The translations under genes were made by a program, and so were the position numbers. From Patescibacteria group bacterium (GTDB taxonomy: Bacteria > Patescibacteriota > WWE3 > UBA101185 > UBA10185), in NCBI GenBank assembly GCA_026004595.1, contig BPJL01000005.1, positions 11,263 through 75,262 of the forward strand: 64,000 nt of DNA, in the 5' to 3' direction. The notes under the pieces were generated by a model, which saw nothing but the letters and a program-made list of their open reading frames with translations, was not told where the DNA came from and did not search any database. Positions 30,610-40,699 of the stretch are shown here, one piece after another (position 1 is the stretch's first letter; the number at the start of each line of letters is the position of its first letter).

Positions 30610-31037
30610 CTAGGGTTTTCCATATAGCTGTATATGGACAGACATTTTATCTCGTGAGTCTAGAAGCTTAACACCGGAATTGTCCAAGATAAGCTGAGTT
30701 TCAGGCTCTAACAATTTAGGTTTATTAAGAAGGGCCTCAATCATGTCCGGCTTATCATCGCTTGCAATTCTGTTGTGGTTCAATTTTCCGCAACTCAAAC
30801 ATCTATGAACGATGCAAAGCTCGTTATGGCTTTTGTACATAAGTCCTACTGGCTCCATTTTTCCGTTGCATTTGGATGCTCTGTCACCTTTGGCAAGATC
30901 GACATGTTGAGAGTACCCCGCAAAAAGGGCAGTGGTTTCTGTGTGATGACCCAAAAAAAACCGCGATTTGATACCTTTTTTCCGCAATAAATACAGTTAA
31001 AACCTTTGTCTCTGGATAATTTTTCACTGTCACTCAT
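30610..31037 (-). CDS. Second RNHCP domain protein (two homopolymer frameshifts)
   Basis: Re-joined FNCIYCG...SSHRNHCPFCGYSQHVD...GDRA...VHRCLSCG...NRIASDD; extra bases at A8 (~30953) and C4 (~30916). Confidence 0.85.
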
Positions 31038-31115
31038 ATGGTATTTCCATTTTACCATTACAATACTAAAGCGGGATTTATTGACTCATAGAGCATAATT
31101 ACCTACACTAATCTT

Positions 31116-33970
31116 ATGCTCAAAGATCTTACTGCCCTTTTTTTCTCCACGCTCAATTGCTGTTGTCGGGGCATCGAATTCGCCGGAAAAGCTAGGTCAT
31201 ATTATTTTAAAAAACATTACTAATTCTAAGTACCAAGGAAAAGTTTGGGCAGTTAATAAAAATGTAGAAGACATCGGAAATGTTAAGTGTTATCCGAATG
31301 TAGAAAGTCTTCCTGAAACACCAGATTTAGCCATAATAGTAATACCAGCCGCAGAAGTTCCCGGTGTACTAGACCAGTGCGGACAAAAAGAAATTAAAAA
31401 CGCAGTGGTTATATCTGCAGGATTCAAGGAAATCGGTGAAGATGGATTAGCTCTAGAAAAGAAGCTTGAGGAAATATCTAAAAAATATGACATCAACCTT
31501 CTCGGACCTAATTGCTTGGGGGTTTGTAAACCAAGAAGCAAATTTAAAACGCAACTTTCGCAAAAGCTATCAAACACTCAGGGAAACCTAAGATTTATAT
31601 CTCAATCTGGAGCTATAGCCGCAAGCATATTTGACTGGGCTGATTCTAATAGTATAGGATTCAGTGAATTTGTTACACTGGGAAACAAAACGATACTAAA
31701 CGAAAACCATATACTAGAATACTTTCTGAGCAAATCCTCTTCTGTAACATCTTTAATTGAAGACGCAGCAGAAAAAGTTCAGCCAATAGGCATGTACCTT
31801 GAATCGATATCGGATGGGTTAACTTTTATAGATTTAGCAAAAAAAATCTCTTCCAAAGACCCGATTTTTATCTTAAAACCAGGAAAAACCAAGGAAGCAG
31901 CTTCTGCAATGCAATCACACACCGGCGCAATTGCGGGCGCTGATGATGTTTTAGAGGCGGCTTTGGAACAATCAGGTGTGCTAAGGTGCAACACCCTTGA
32001 AGATTTCTTTGACCTAGCTAAAGCATTTTCTTGGGAAAATGTTCCACAGAGCCCGAGGGTAGCCGTTGTTTCAAATGCAGGCGGGCCGGCTGTAATTTCA
32101 GCTGATTCTATAAGCAATAACGGACTTAGCCTAGCAGAATTTGACGAACAAACAAAGAAAAGGCTTTCTGAGGTACTTCCAAGATCGGCAAGTATATACG
32201 ACCCGGTTGATGTGATAGGAGATGCTCTTGCTGACAGATACGCCGCGGCCATGGAAATAATTCTTAAAACCGGCAGCTGCGACTCCCTTCTTGTAATCCT
32301 TACTCCTCAAATCGTAACTCAAGTTGAAAAAACTGCAGAAACAATAGGCCGGATTTCAAGAAAGTATAAAAAAACCGATATTTTGTTCTTTCATCGGCGG
32401 CAATCTTGTTTCCGAAGGCGAAAAAATACTTAATAAATACAAAATACCCTCGTACCCATACCCGGAACGCGCAATTTATGCAATTTCTTCAATGTGGAGG
32501 TTCTATGATAATCAGCAAAAAAGGATTTGTGAGGTGCACGATATTAATGTATTAAACACCAAGCTTCTTCCCGAAAATGTAACGCAATTAATCAAAAATG
32601 CAACATCCAAAAACCAATATTCTCTAGACAACGTAGAAGCTAACACGGTAGTCCGAAGTGCAAACATTCCCACACCGCCGACAACTCTAGTGGAGAATTT
32701 ACAACAAGCCGAAGAATTTGCTGTTGCCAATGGGTATCCCGTGGTCCTTAAACTGTCCTCTCCCGGACTTTTGCACAAAAAACACATTGGCGGTGTGACT
32801 CTTGACATTAGAAACAAAGAACAACTTGCATCCGCTTGGGAAACCTTAAGAAGAAAGCTCGAGCATTTGGAGCCTTCAGTACAAGATAAAGTTAAGATCC
32901 AGATACAAAAGGAGGTTCCTTCTGATGTAGAGGTAATAGTGGGGATTAAACACGATCCTACATTCGGGCCTGTGCTTCTTTTTGGAGCTGGGGGGTCGCT
33001 AGCTGAACTTATCTCGGACAAAAATCTTCATCTGCTTCCCATAGATAAAAATGATGCAAAAGAGCTTGTTGAAAAATCTAAAATCTATAATCTGCTCAAA
33101 GGAAACGAAAACGAACCTCCTCACGCTCTTGATAAACTCTATGAGGTTATAGTCAATTTGTCACAACTTGTAAGATCTACCAACGAAATTTCTGAAATTG
33201 AAATAAATCCGGTTATCGTAACTCTTAACGACGTGTGGGCAATAGACACTAAGATTGTGTTGAAAAGTAGTAAAGAAAGGCCTGCGGGACCAAAGTTTAA
33301 GTCTGCTACAACACTAACAATAGAATCCCTTACAGATAAAATAAGACTTTTTGAGTTCGAAATGGACGAACCTTTTGAATTTACGCCGGGACACTACATT
33401 AGCGTCAAAGTTTCAAATACGAGAATTAACTGCTACTCAATAGCCGGCCAGAGCGCTCCGAATCGATTTAACTTGTTGGTTGACTCAACCCCCGGAGGTC
33501 CGGGTTCAAAATTTTTCGAGGCTCTAAAGCCTGGCGATAAAATTACTTACCTCGGCCCCTTTGGCAATTTTAAGTTAAATCTAAACGACGGGGCCAAAAA
33601 GATTCTTTTTCTGGCAACAGGCACAGGTGTGGCACCTTTAAGATTTATGCTAGACAAAGCTCTAGAAACAAATAAAGAAATCTATTTATATATTGGAACA
33701 AATAATTTTGAAGAGGTATTTAGTCAAGATTATTTTGAAAAACTAGCCAAAAAATACAAAAACTTTAAGTATCAGTTTGCAGTAAGAAATCCACATGAAA
33801 AGTGGAGTGGAGCAGTAGGTTTTATAAACGACCTTGTTAAAAAAGACCACCCCGATGCTAAAGATTGCTCAGCATATTTATGCGGAAGTCCACTTATGAT
33901 TGAAGCGGCAACAAAAGTTCTTTTAGAATGCAACTGCCCGCAGGAAAGAATATACAGCGAAAAATACTAA
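31116..33970 (+). CDS. ADP-forming acetate-CoA ligase (alpha+beta) fused to a C-terminal FNR-type FAD/NAD(P)H oxidoreductase, ~950 aa after two frameshifts
   Basis: PRSIAVVGAS, GPNCLG, SQSG, phospho-His SHTGAIAG, NAGG, ATP-grasp GYPVVLK...HK...GGV, EINP; then FTPGHYI, YSIAG, GPFGNF, ATGTGVAP, YLCG. Extra bases at T7 (~31138) and A7 (~32368). Confidence 0.88.
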
Positions 33971-33972
33971 AC

Positions 33973-35709
33973 ATGGTTAACAAACAACAAAAAATAACAT
34001 CTATAAAAATCGGAGGGTACGCAGGTCAAGGCGTTAAATCAACAGGGTTGCTGTTGGCTAAATATGCTGTTAGATCAGGATATTCTGTTTACGACCACAC
34101 AGAGTTTCCTTCTCTAATCAAGGGCGGACACAATGTCATGCAAGTAAATTTTTCGGAAGAGGCAGTTTTAGCTCCCCAAAAAATGTCTGACATGTTAATC
34201 GCATTGAATCAAGAAACAATCGACCTTCACATCAACGAATTAAAACCTAAAGGCATAATAATTTATAACTCGGATTCAAACATCAATTTGCCGAAAACAA
34301 AAAAAGTTTCCTTTTACGGAATCCCTCTGTATAGGTTTGCCAAAGAAGCTGGGGGAGAAGAATTGCTTATCAATACTGCCGCATTGGGCGCAGCCATATC
34401 TCTTATGGGCGGAAACTTTAGTATTCTTCAAAATCTTATAGAAGAGGAGTTCAACAAAATAAATAGCGAGAGTGCAGAAACGAACGTTAAAGCTGCAAAA
34501 GCTGGTTTTGAATACATGAAAGAGAAACATTCTGCCGACATTGGCAGATATCTCACACCGATAGAAAGTGTGAGCTCATTCATACCAAACATGCTTGTGA
34601 GTGGGTCAGAAGCTGCGGCCTTGGGCGCGATTGCGGGCGGCCTTCAGTTTGCCGCAATTTATCCGATGTCGCCGATTTCTAATATACTTCACGTTTTAGC
34701 GTCAAATCAAGAAAAATTCGGTTACATATTTAAACAACCCGAAGACGAAATATCTGCAATAAACATGGCAATTGGAGCGTCGTTTGCAGGAGCGCGATCG
34801 TTAACCGCTACATCCGGAGGCGGCTTTTGCCTCATGACAGAAGGGTATGGTCTCGCAGGGATGACTGAAACACCTATAGTGATAATAGAAGGCATGCGCG
34901 GGGCTCCTGCAACAGGATTGCCCACTTGGAGCGAGCAGGGAGACCTTCAATTTGTGCTGCATGCGCACCAAGGCGAGTTTCCAAGAATCGTTTTAGCCCC
35001 GGGAGATGCAAAAGAAGCGTTTGAACTCACGCGTCTAGCTCTTAACTTAGCTGATAAGTATCAGACACCCGTAGTTGTCTTGCTAGACAAAAATATCTGT
35101 GAAAACGATCAAAGTTACCCGCTATTTGATATCTCCGATTTCAGGCTAGACATGGGAAAATATATCAACAAAGAAACAGAAAACTACATGAGGTACAAAT
35201 TTAGTGATGACGGGATATCCGAAAGATCTGTACCGGGCGTTGGAAACTTCTTCATTTCAAATTCTGATGAGCACGACCAATACGGATATTCCACCGAAAA
35301 TATTGAAATTAGAAACAAGATGATGGAAAAAAGAATGAAGAAATTAACTACATGCGAAGAAAAAGATATGCCAGAACCTAAATTATATGGGCCTGAAAAG
35401 GCCGATATTACAATAGTCTCATGGGGGAGCAACAAAGGTAGCATTTTGCAAGCTATACAAAACCACCCAAACGTAAATTACCTGCACCTAACGTGGATGA
35501 ATCCGTTTCCTAGCCATAAGGTAAAAGAAATATTATCGAAGGCAAAACATGTTGTGGACATAGAGTGCAATTACACAGCACAGCTAGCCAGTCTAATCCG
35601 TGAAAAAACCGGGGTTGAGATAAAGGATAAATTTCTGAAGTACGACGGCCGACAGATTTTTCCTGAAGAAATTGAAGAAAAAATTAATTCGGTTGGAGGC
35701 ACTTTATGA
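33973..35709 (+). CDS. 2-oxoacid:ferredoxin oxidoreductase alpha subunit (gamma-alpha fusion)
   Basis: GGYAGQG, YPMSP, EDEISA, ATSGGG, PATGLPT, HGEFP-like motif. Confidence 0.93.
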   Translation: MVNKQQKITSIKIGGYAGQGVKSTGLLLAKYAVRSGYSVYDHTEFPSLIKGGHNVMQVNFSEEAVLAPQKMSDMLIALNQETIDLHINELKPKGIIIYNSDSNINLPKTKKVSFYGIPLYRFAKEAGGEELLINTAALGAAISLMGGNFSILQNLIEEEFNKINSESAETNVKAAKAGFEYMKEKHSADIGRYLTPIESVSSFIPNMLVSGSEAAALGAIAGGLQFAAIYPMSPISNILHVLASNQEKFGYIFKQPEDEISAINMAIGASFAGARSLTATSGGGFCLMTEGYGLAGMTETPIVIIEGMRGAPATGLPTWSEQGDLQFVLHAHQGEFPRIVLAPGDAKEAFELTRLALNLADKYQTPVVVLLDKNICENDQSYPLFDISDFRLDMGKYINKETENYMRYKFSDDGISERSVPGVGNFFISNSDEHDQYGYSTENIEIRNKMMEKRMKKLTTCEEKDMPEPKLYGPEKADITIVSWGSNKGSILQAIQNHPNVNYLHLTWMNPFPSHKVKEILSKAKHVVDIECNYTAQLASLIREKTGVEIKDKFLKYDGRQIFPEEIEEKINSVGGTL

Positions 35710-36563
35710 AAGAATCGGGGTATCTCACAACACCATGTTCTCCTACGTGGTGCCCAGGGTGTGGTAACTTAAACATATGGGGGGCATTTAAATCTGCTGC
35801 GATTGAACAGGGATGGAATAATGCTAATACAGTGCTTGTAGCAGGAATTGGATGCCACGGTCATATTCTAAACTTTTTAAAACTTACTTCTTTTGAAGGA
35901 TTGCATGGAAGAGCTTTACCTGTGGCAACGGGGATAAAATTAGCAAATGGTGATCTGAATGTCTTCGTTTTCACAGGCGATGGTGACTGTTTTGGAGAGG
36001 GAGGCAATCATTTTATACATGCTTGCCGCAGAAACCACAATTTAACAGTGCTTATCCATGACAACTCTTTATACGCTTTAACCACGGGGCAAACCTCTCC
36101 TTTATCTCCTCACGGTCTTAGGACAAAATCTACACCTACCGGAAATCCTGATGAACCATTCAACCCATTGGCTTTAGCTATAATTTCAGGCGCTACTTTT
36201 GTCGCTAGAGCCTATGCTGGAGATATGCCCAAACTTACCTCACTAATTGTAGAGGCTAACAAGCATCGAGGAATCGCAGTGATAGATATATTACAACCAT
36301 GTGTTACATACAACAAAACCTTTACACACCAGTTTTTTAGAGAAAACACATATTACCTTGGAGAGAAGTACGACCCAACAAATAGGGAAGAGGCACTTAT
36401 AAAATCTCAGGAGTTTGGAACTAAACAAATTCCTTTGGGCATCTTTTATAAAGTAGATAAGCCCTCTTATGAAGACAGCGCATTGGCAAAAACGCAAAAA
36501 AACATTTTAAAAAAGTCAATACAACCACAAGCAATCAACGAACTTTTTAAAAATTATACTTAG
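35706..36563 (+). CDS. 2-oxoacid:ferredoxin oxidoreductase beta subunit
   Basis: WCPGCG, GIGC, LHGRALP, TPP motif GDGD...N, QPCVTYN. Confidence 0.95.
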   Translation: MKESGYLTTPCSPTWCPGCGNLNIWGAFKSAAIEQGWNNANTVLVAGIGCHGHILNFLKLTSFEGLHGRALPVATGIKLANGDLNVFVFTGDGDCFGEGGNHFIHACRRNHNLTVLIHDNSLYALTTGQTSPLSPHGLRTKSTPTGNPDEPFNPLALAIISGATFVARAYAGDMPKLTSLIVEANKHRGIAVIDILQPCVTYNKTFTHQFFRENTYYLGEKYDPTNREEALIKSQEFGTKQIPLGIFYKVDKPSYEDSALAKTQKNILKKSIQPQAINELFKNYT

Positions 36564-36598
36564 TTATTGAAATTAGTAATTCAATTTTCTAAAATTAA

Positions 36599-36847
36599 AT
36601 GATGGAAGATAAAATTGTACAAATCGGAAAGTATAAAGTTAAGGTAATCAGGGATGCATGCATAGGGGCAGCTTCCTGTATAGCCGTTTCCCCTACTGTT
36701 TTTCAGTTGGATGGGGAAAATAAGGCCGTTATACAAGAGGGGGCCATGGACTCCGAGGAAAATGTTTTGATGGCGGCCCAATCGTGCCCAACAAAAGCAA
36801 TAGTAGTAATAGACGCAGAAACGGGCAAACAAGTTTGGCCTGAATAA
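36599..36847 (+). CDS. Monocluster ferredoxin, probably [3Fe-4S]
   Basis: CIGAASC...AAQSCPTKAI (CxxAxxC...CP). Confidence 0.9.
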   Translation: MMEDKIVQIGKYKVKVIRDACIGAASCIAVSPTVFQLDGENKAVIQEGAMDSEENVLMAAQSCPTKAIVVIDAETGKQVWPE

Positions 36848-36850
36848 AAA

Positions 36851-37777
36851 ATGCCCCATATTAGCAATAAAGGAATTAGCTGGGCAGTTGTTACTGCAGT
36901 AATATCTGGATTTTCCATATTTTTGAATAAATTCGCTTCTTCAGCTGTCACACCACCTTTATTTTTTACCGGATTGAAAAACTTAACGGTAGGTTTCATG
37001 CTTATTCTTCTTGTTGTAATAACAAGAAAAGCACGCTTGATACGAGGCATTACAATTAAAGAGCTGATATATTTGCTTGCGATAGGTGTTATTGGAGGAT
37101 CCCTCCCCTTTTACCTTTTTTTTACAGGTTTATCACAAATATCAGCGGTAAACGCGGCCATTATCCATAAAACACTATTTTTATGGGTCGCGTTGTTTGC
37201 GTATCCCCTTCTGAAAGAGAAACTAAGCAAAAAGCAAATTTTTGCTGCCTTTCTTGTTATGTCTGGTAATTTGATAATCGGCGGGTTTGAAAAATTTAGT
37301 TATTCAAGAGGAGAGCTAATGGTGCTGGGAGCAACAATATTATGGGCCATAGAGAACATATTAGCCAAAAAGGTCCTTGCCAAAATAGATCCTGACATAG
37401 TTTCTTTGTTTAGAATGGGCATAGGTTCGCTAATCTTATGTGCTGTACTATTTATAGATATGCTAAAAGTAGGACAGGCGAGCTTTTTACTTAAAGAAAA
37501 TCAAATTTTCTGGCTGCTTGTTACAAGCGTACTGCTTTTAGCCTACGTACTAAGCTGGTATCGCGCTTTGAAATATTCGCCTGCTGTAAATGTCACTGCT
37601 ATACTCACAATCTCAACGTTAATTACAAATTTCCTATCAGCTGTTATTTTAACCCATTCCTGGAATTATGCACTGACACTTCAATCGATACTAATCTTTT
37701 TCGGAGTGCTTATCTTCATAAAAACCGATAAAAAGTCGTTGACAAAAGATCAGCTAGTTGTCGGCCAAAATTCTTAA
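36851..37777 (+). CDS. EamA/DMT family transporter
   Basis: About 10 TM segments, LLKEKL motif; last gene of the fermentation operon. Confidence 0.85.
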   Translation: MPHISNKGISWAVVTAVISGFSIFLNKFASSAVTPPLFFTGLKNLTVGFMLILLVVITRKARLIRGITIKELIYLLAIGVIGGSLPFYLFFTGLSQISAVNAAIIHKTLFLWVALFAYPLLKEKLSKKQIFAAFLVMSGNLIIGGFEKFSYSRGELMVLGATILWAIENILAKKVLAKIDPDIVSLFRMGIGSLILCAVLFIDMLKVGQASFLLKENQIFWLLVTSVLLLAYVLSWYRALKYSPAVNVTAILTISTLITNFLSAVILTHSWNYALTLQSILIFFGVLIFIKTDKKSLTKDQLVVGQNS

Positions 37778-38467
37778 TACCCTTCTTGTCCAATAATTCA
37801 GATTCTTTTCCTCAAGGTGTGATAGTTTTTTAACAATCTGTCCCCAATGCACAGCAACGATAGATCCTCTATTTAACTTCACATGTTTTTCCGCAGGCAC
37901 AGGAAACTTCTGCCTGATTTTAACCAAACTTAATTTGCCACCAATTTTCTTAATAGAAGTCAAATTTGCAATAACTTGATTATCAGAAATGTTTACCACT
38001 TTTCCCCATCTGACCATACAATTATTAATTGTATTTATATTGTAAGGAACCGATCCGCTTGCTTTTCCTACACCTACATAAAGAACTTGAAATAAATGAG
38101 TTGGTATAAATTCCTTTGGCACCCTATGACGCAGGTCTTCTATCAGGTTCTCAGGCACACCCTGCTCGGAAAAATATTTAAGAAGCAGGTTGTAATGTCG
38201 TGGTTTAGTATTTTTAAGAGTGTTGTTTCCGAGCCAGTACGCTTCTGCAACCTTATTTGAAAACCTAGGCAAGCCGCTTATTTTTGAAATTAATCTTAAA
38301 TAGGGATGGAGGACAATAAACTTTTTTAATTCTCTTTGTACTCCAGAGCACCTTCCCTCAACAATACACCTTCTAAACTTTTCTATGGCAGAATTTTTCC
38401 CGCAATAACCAAGAGAGTTGGGAGGAAGAGAAAATCTACAAAGAAGTTGTAAAGCCTTTTTATCCAT
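37754..38467 (-). CDS. DUF6390-like protein
   Basis: PPNSLGYCG, PYLRLI, EAYWLGN, NNCMVRWGKV, AVHWG. Confidence 0.75.
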   Translation of the reverse strand: MDKKALQLLCRFSLPPNSLGYCGKNSAIEKFRRCIVEGRCSGVQRELKKFIVLHPYLRLISKISGLPRFSNKVAEAYWLGNNTLKNTKPRHYNLLLKYFSEQGVPENLIEDLRHRVPKEFIPTHLFQVLYVGVGKASGSVPYNINTINNCMVRWGKVVNISDNQVIANLTSIKKIGGKLSLVKIRQKFPVPAEKHVKLNRGSIVAVHWGQIVKKLSHLEEKNLNYWTRRVLRILADN

Positions 38468-38530
38468 ACTTTCGCAGAAGTATAAAACATAACGGTTGCA
38501 AATGAAAGTGAAGGCCTGTAAAACTTAATA

Positions 38531-38932
38531 ATGAACGTTTATGTGTTTGGCAACCGCGACTCGGACTTAGATAATAGAGCCTTTGAAATTGCTGATAAAC
38601 TTTCTAAGAGAAATAACGACGTCCGATTTATTGAAATCAAACCAAACCAAGACTTAATACCAAATAACAAAGAAAACATCATAATTCTAGACACAATATA
38701 CAACATAAAAACCATTAAGGTGTTAAACGAGAACGATATTGACAAAATAATTACCGCACCAAGAACGTCAGTTCATGATTTTGATCTTGCCTTTCAGTTG
38801 AAGTACCTAAAAAAAATAGGAAAGTTGGGCAAAGTGACAATAATAGGTATCCCCCAAAAGGGGAGAGTAGACTACCGGCGAATCCAATCTATTTTAAGAA
38901 AATTGGTCGCGCAGGACATGCAGGGGTCGTAG
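38531..38932 (+). CDS. Divergent hydrogenase maturation protease-like protein
   Basis: VFGN...D, IIILDT, SVHDF and IIGIP echo the HycI/HybD GN, D and STH motifs; adjacent to the large subunit. Confidence 0.6.
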   Translation: MNVYVFGNRDSDLDNRAFEIADKLSKRNNDVRFIEIKPNQDLIPNNKENIIILDTIYNIKTIKVLNENDIDKIITAPRTSVHDFDLAFQLKYLKKIGKLGKVTIIGIPQKGRVDYRRIQSILRKLVAQDMQGS

Positions 38933-40173
38933 GCTCTAATTATCTTTTCAGCTTCAAGTCTTAGCCACTGTTCATCTTTAGACAAATTTTCACTGAAAAA
39001 TTTTTTAAGGTCGCTTTCTATACAGATCTGATTTTGAGATGTTGGTACTATTACATCGTAGTCTTCAATCATCCCTCTATCATCAACTTTCGCCATGTGG
39101 TAAAGAATCCCCCTGGGGGCCTCCACAACCCCAACTCCTATACCAGCTTTTTTTGTTGTCCTTACGGGCTTTTCGTCTATGATTTTTATGGAAGACAAAA
39201 TCTCTATTGCATCATCAACACACTGTAAAATTTCTATCGCCTGCGCCAAATTATTATGGTGGATGTTGTTGGAAGGAAAGACATTTAGGTAAGGCTGCAC
39301 ATCTTTCTTCGTCCTAGAGTTGAGCAAATCTTTGTTAAAATTAATTCTAGCTAAAGCGCCAACAAGGTAATCCTCATGAATATCAGAAAAAACGTATCCC
39401 TCTGATTGAGAATACGGAACTACAACCGACTTCAAAAAATCATGAAAATGTTCCTCGCTTACTTTCTTACCCGTTGAGTTTACAATTTGTCCCTCAATGA
39501 AATCGTAAGAAACATCATTTCGCAGACACATATAATCCGCATTTCTAACAAGTTCCGCGCCATATTCATAAAAAACCTTTATACCCCTGAGAACTTGCGA
39601 TCTTACGGCCTCCAGCTTGTCTAGTAATTCGTACAATTTTGACTGGTCCGGTAATTTTAGAAACCCGCCTACCGTCGGCAGGGGAGCATGAATTGCCGCC
39701 CCAATAACCACATCAGTTATTTCCGACCCTATTTTTTTAATATCAAAGGAATCGTGGAGAAGCGTATGGCCAAAATTATCGTGGTCATCAGGAATATCCA
39801 ATATTGAATCCAAGCCTAAAACATCTGGTAGAACAAAGAAGTATAGGTGCAGAGCGTGGTCGCGAATCATCAAACCATCATAAGCTAAGCGGCGTAGAAT
39901 TCTGGTTTGTTCGGAAATAATTATTCCTTGAGATCTCTCTATAGCTTCCAAAGAAGCAAAAAGGTGTGCAACAGAGCAAGTTCCGCAAATTCTAGACAAA
40001 AATGATGGCGAAGCTATGTAAGGCTTTCCCTTCACTGCCTCTGTATAAAAACGGCGATAGTCCTTTATTATAAACTTTAAGTCTTTAACTTGGCCGTTCT
40101 CTATTACAACCTCCAGGCCGGCCGTTCCTTCTATTTTTGATATGTTTTCAATTGTTATATTGCCGCTGTGCAT
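38872..40173 (-). CDS. [NiFe] hydrogenase large subunit, group 3-like
   Basis: KIEG, L1 RICGTCSVAH, EAPRG, VPTSQN, L2 DPCMSCATN plus a short extension; start 40173 is coupled to the small-subunit stop. Confidence 0.93.
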   Translation of the reverse strand: MHSGNITIENISKIEGTAGLEVVIENGQVKDLKFIIKDYRRFYTEAVKGKPYIASPSFLSRICGTCSVAHLFASLEAIERSQGIIISEQTRILRRLAYDGLMIRDHALHLYFFVLPDVLGLDSILDIPDDHDNFGHTLLHDSFDIKKIGSEITDVVIGAAIHAPLPTVGGFLKLPDQSKLYELLDKLEAVRSQVLRGIKVFYEYGAELVRNADYMCLRNDVSYDFIEGQIVNSTGKKVSEEHFHDFLKSVVVPYSQSEGYVFSDIHEDYLVGALARINFNKDLLNSRTKKDVQPYLNVFPSNNIHHNNLAQAIEILQCVDDAIEILSSIKIIDEKPVRTTKKAGIGVGVVEAPRGILYHMAKVDDRGMIEDYDVIVPTSQNQICIESDLKKFFSENLSKDEQWLRLEAEKIIRAYDPCMSCATNFLKIDWIRR

Positions 40174-40679
40174 TATTGAATTTGAAATAAATCTAAATAC
40201 TTTTTGACTGTGGCCAGAAAATTTGGGACATTCATTGGACAACCATCAACCATATCGTCAACTTTAATGACATCGGATAATTTTCTGACTTTATCGCTAT
40301 AGTCAAAGTGGCTCATATAAAACTTTATTTTCTCATTTATTTTATCGGGTATAAGTTGGTTTCTGGAAGCTGACGGAAGACCAGTACAGGCGCAGGAGCC
40401 GATAGCCACAATATACTTTGAATTAGCCCTTATTTTGCGTACCTCTTCTGCCTGCTTTTCCGATGATATTGCACCTTCTATAAAAGCAACATCCAGATCT
40501 TCGAGAGAGTTTTTGGACTTTAATGCTTTGAAAAAGCGAAATTCTACAACTTTTTTCCAATCGTCCAAATGCTCATTTAACAATTCGGTGAGAAGAATTG
40601 TGCTGTCCTCACTGCAAGTGAAGGAAAACCAACCGATAACCAATTTTTTCTTTACTGCGATCGTACTAACAGCATCCAT
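40173..40679 (-). CDS. Truncated [NiFe] hydrogenase small subunit (proximal cluster only)
   Basis: CSED, EGAI, GSCACTG, GCP; 168 aa with no further Cys clusters. Confidence 0.88.
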   Translation of the reverse strand: MDAVSTIAVKKKLVIGWFSFTCSEDSTILLTELLNEHLDDWKKVVEFRFFKALKSKNSLEDLDVAFIEGAISSEKQAEEVRKIRANSKYIVAIGSCACTGLPSASRNQLIPDKINEKIKFYMSHFDYSDKVRKLSDVIKVDDMVDGCPMNVPNFLATVKKYLDLFQIQ

Positions 40680-40699
40680 TACTGTATAATACCAAATAT

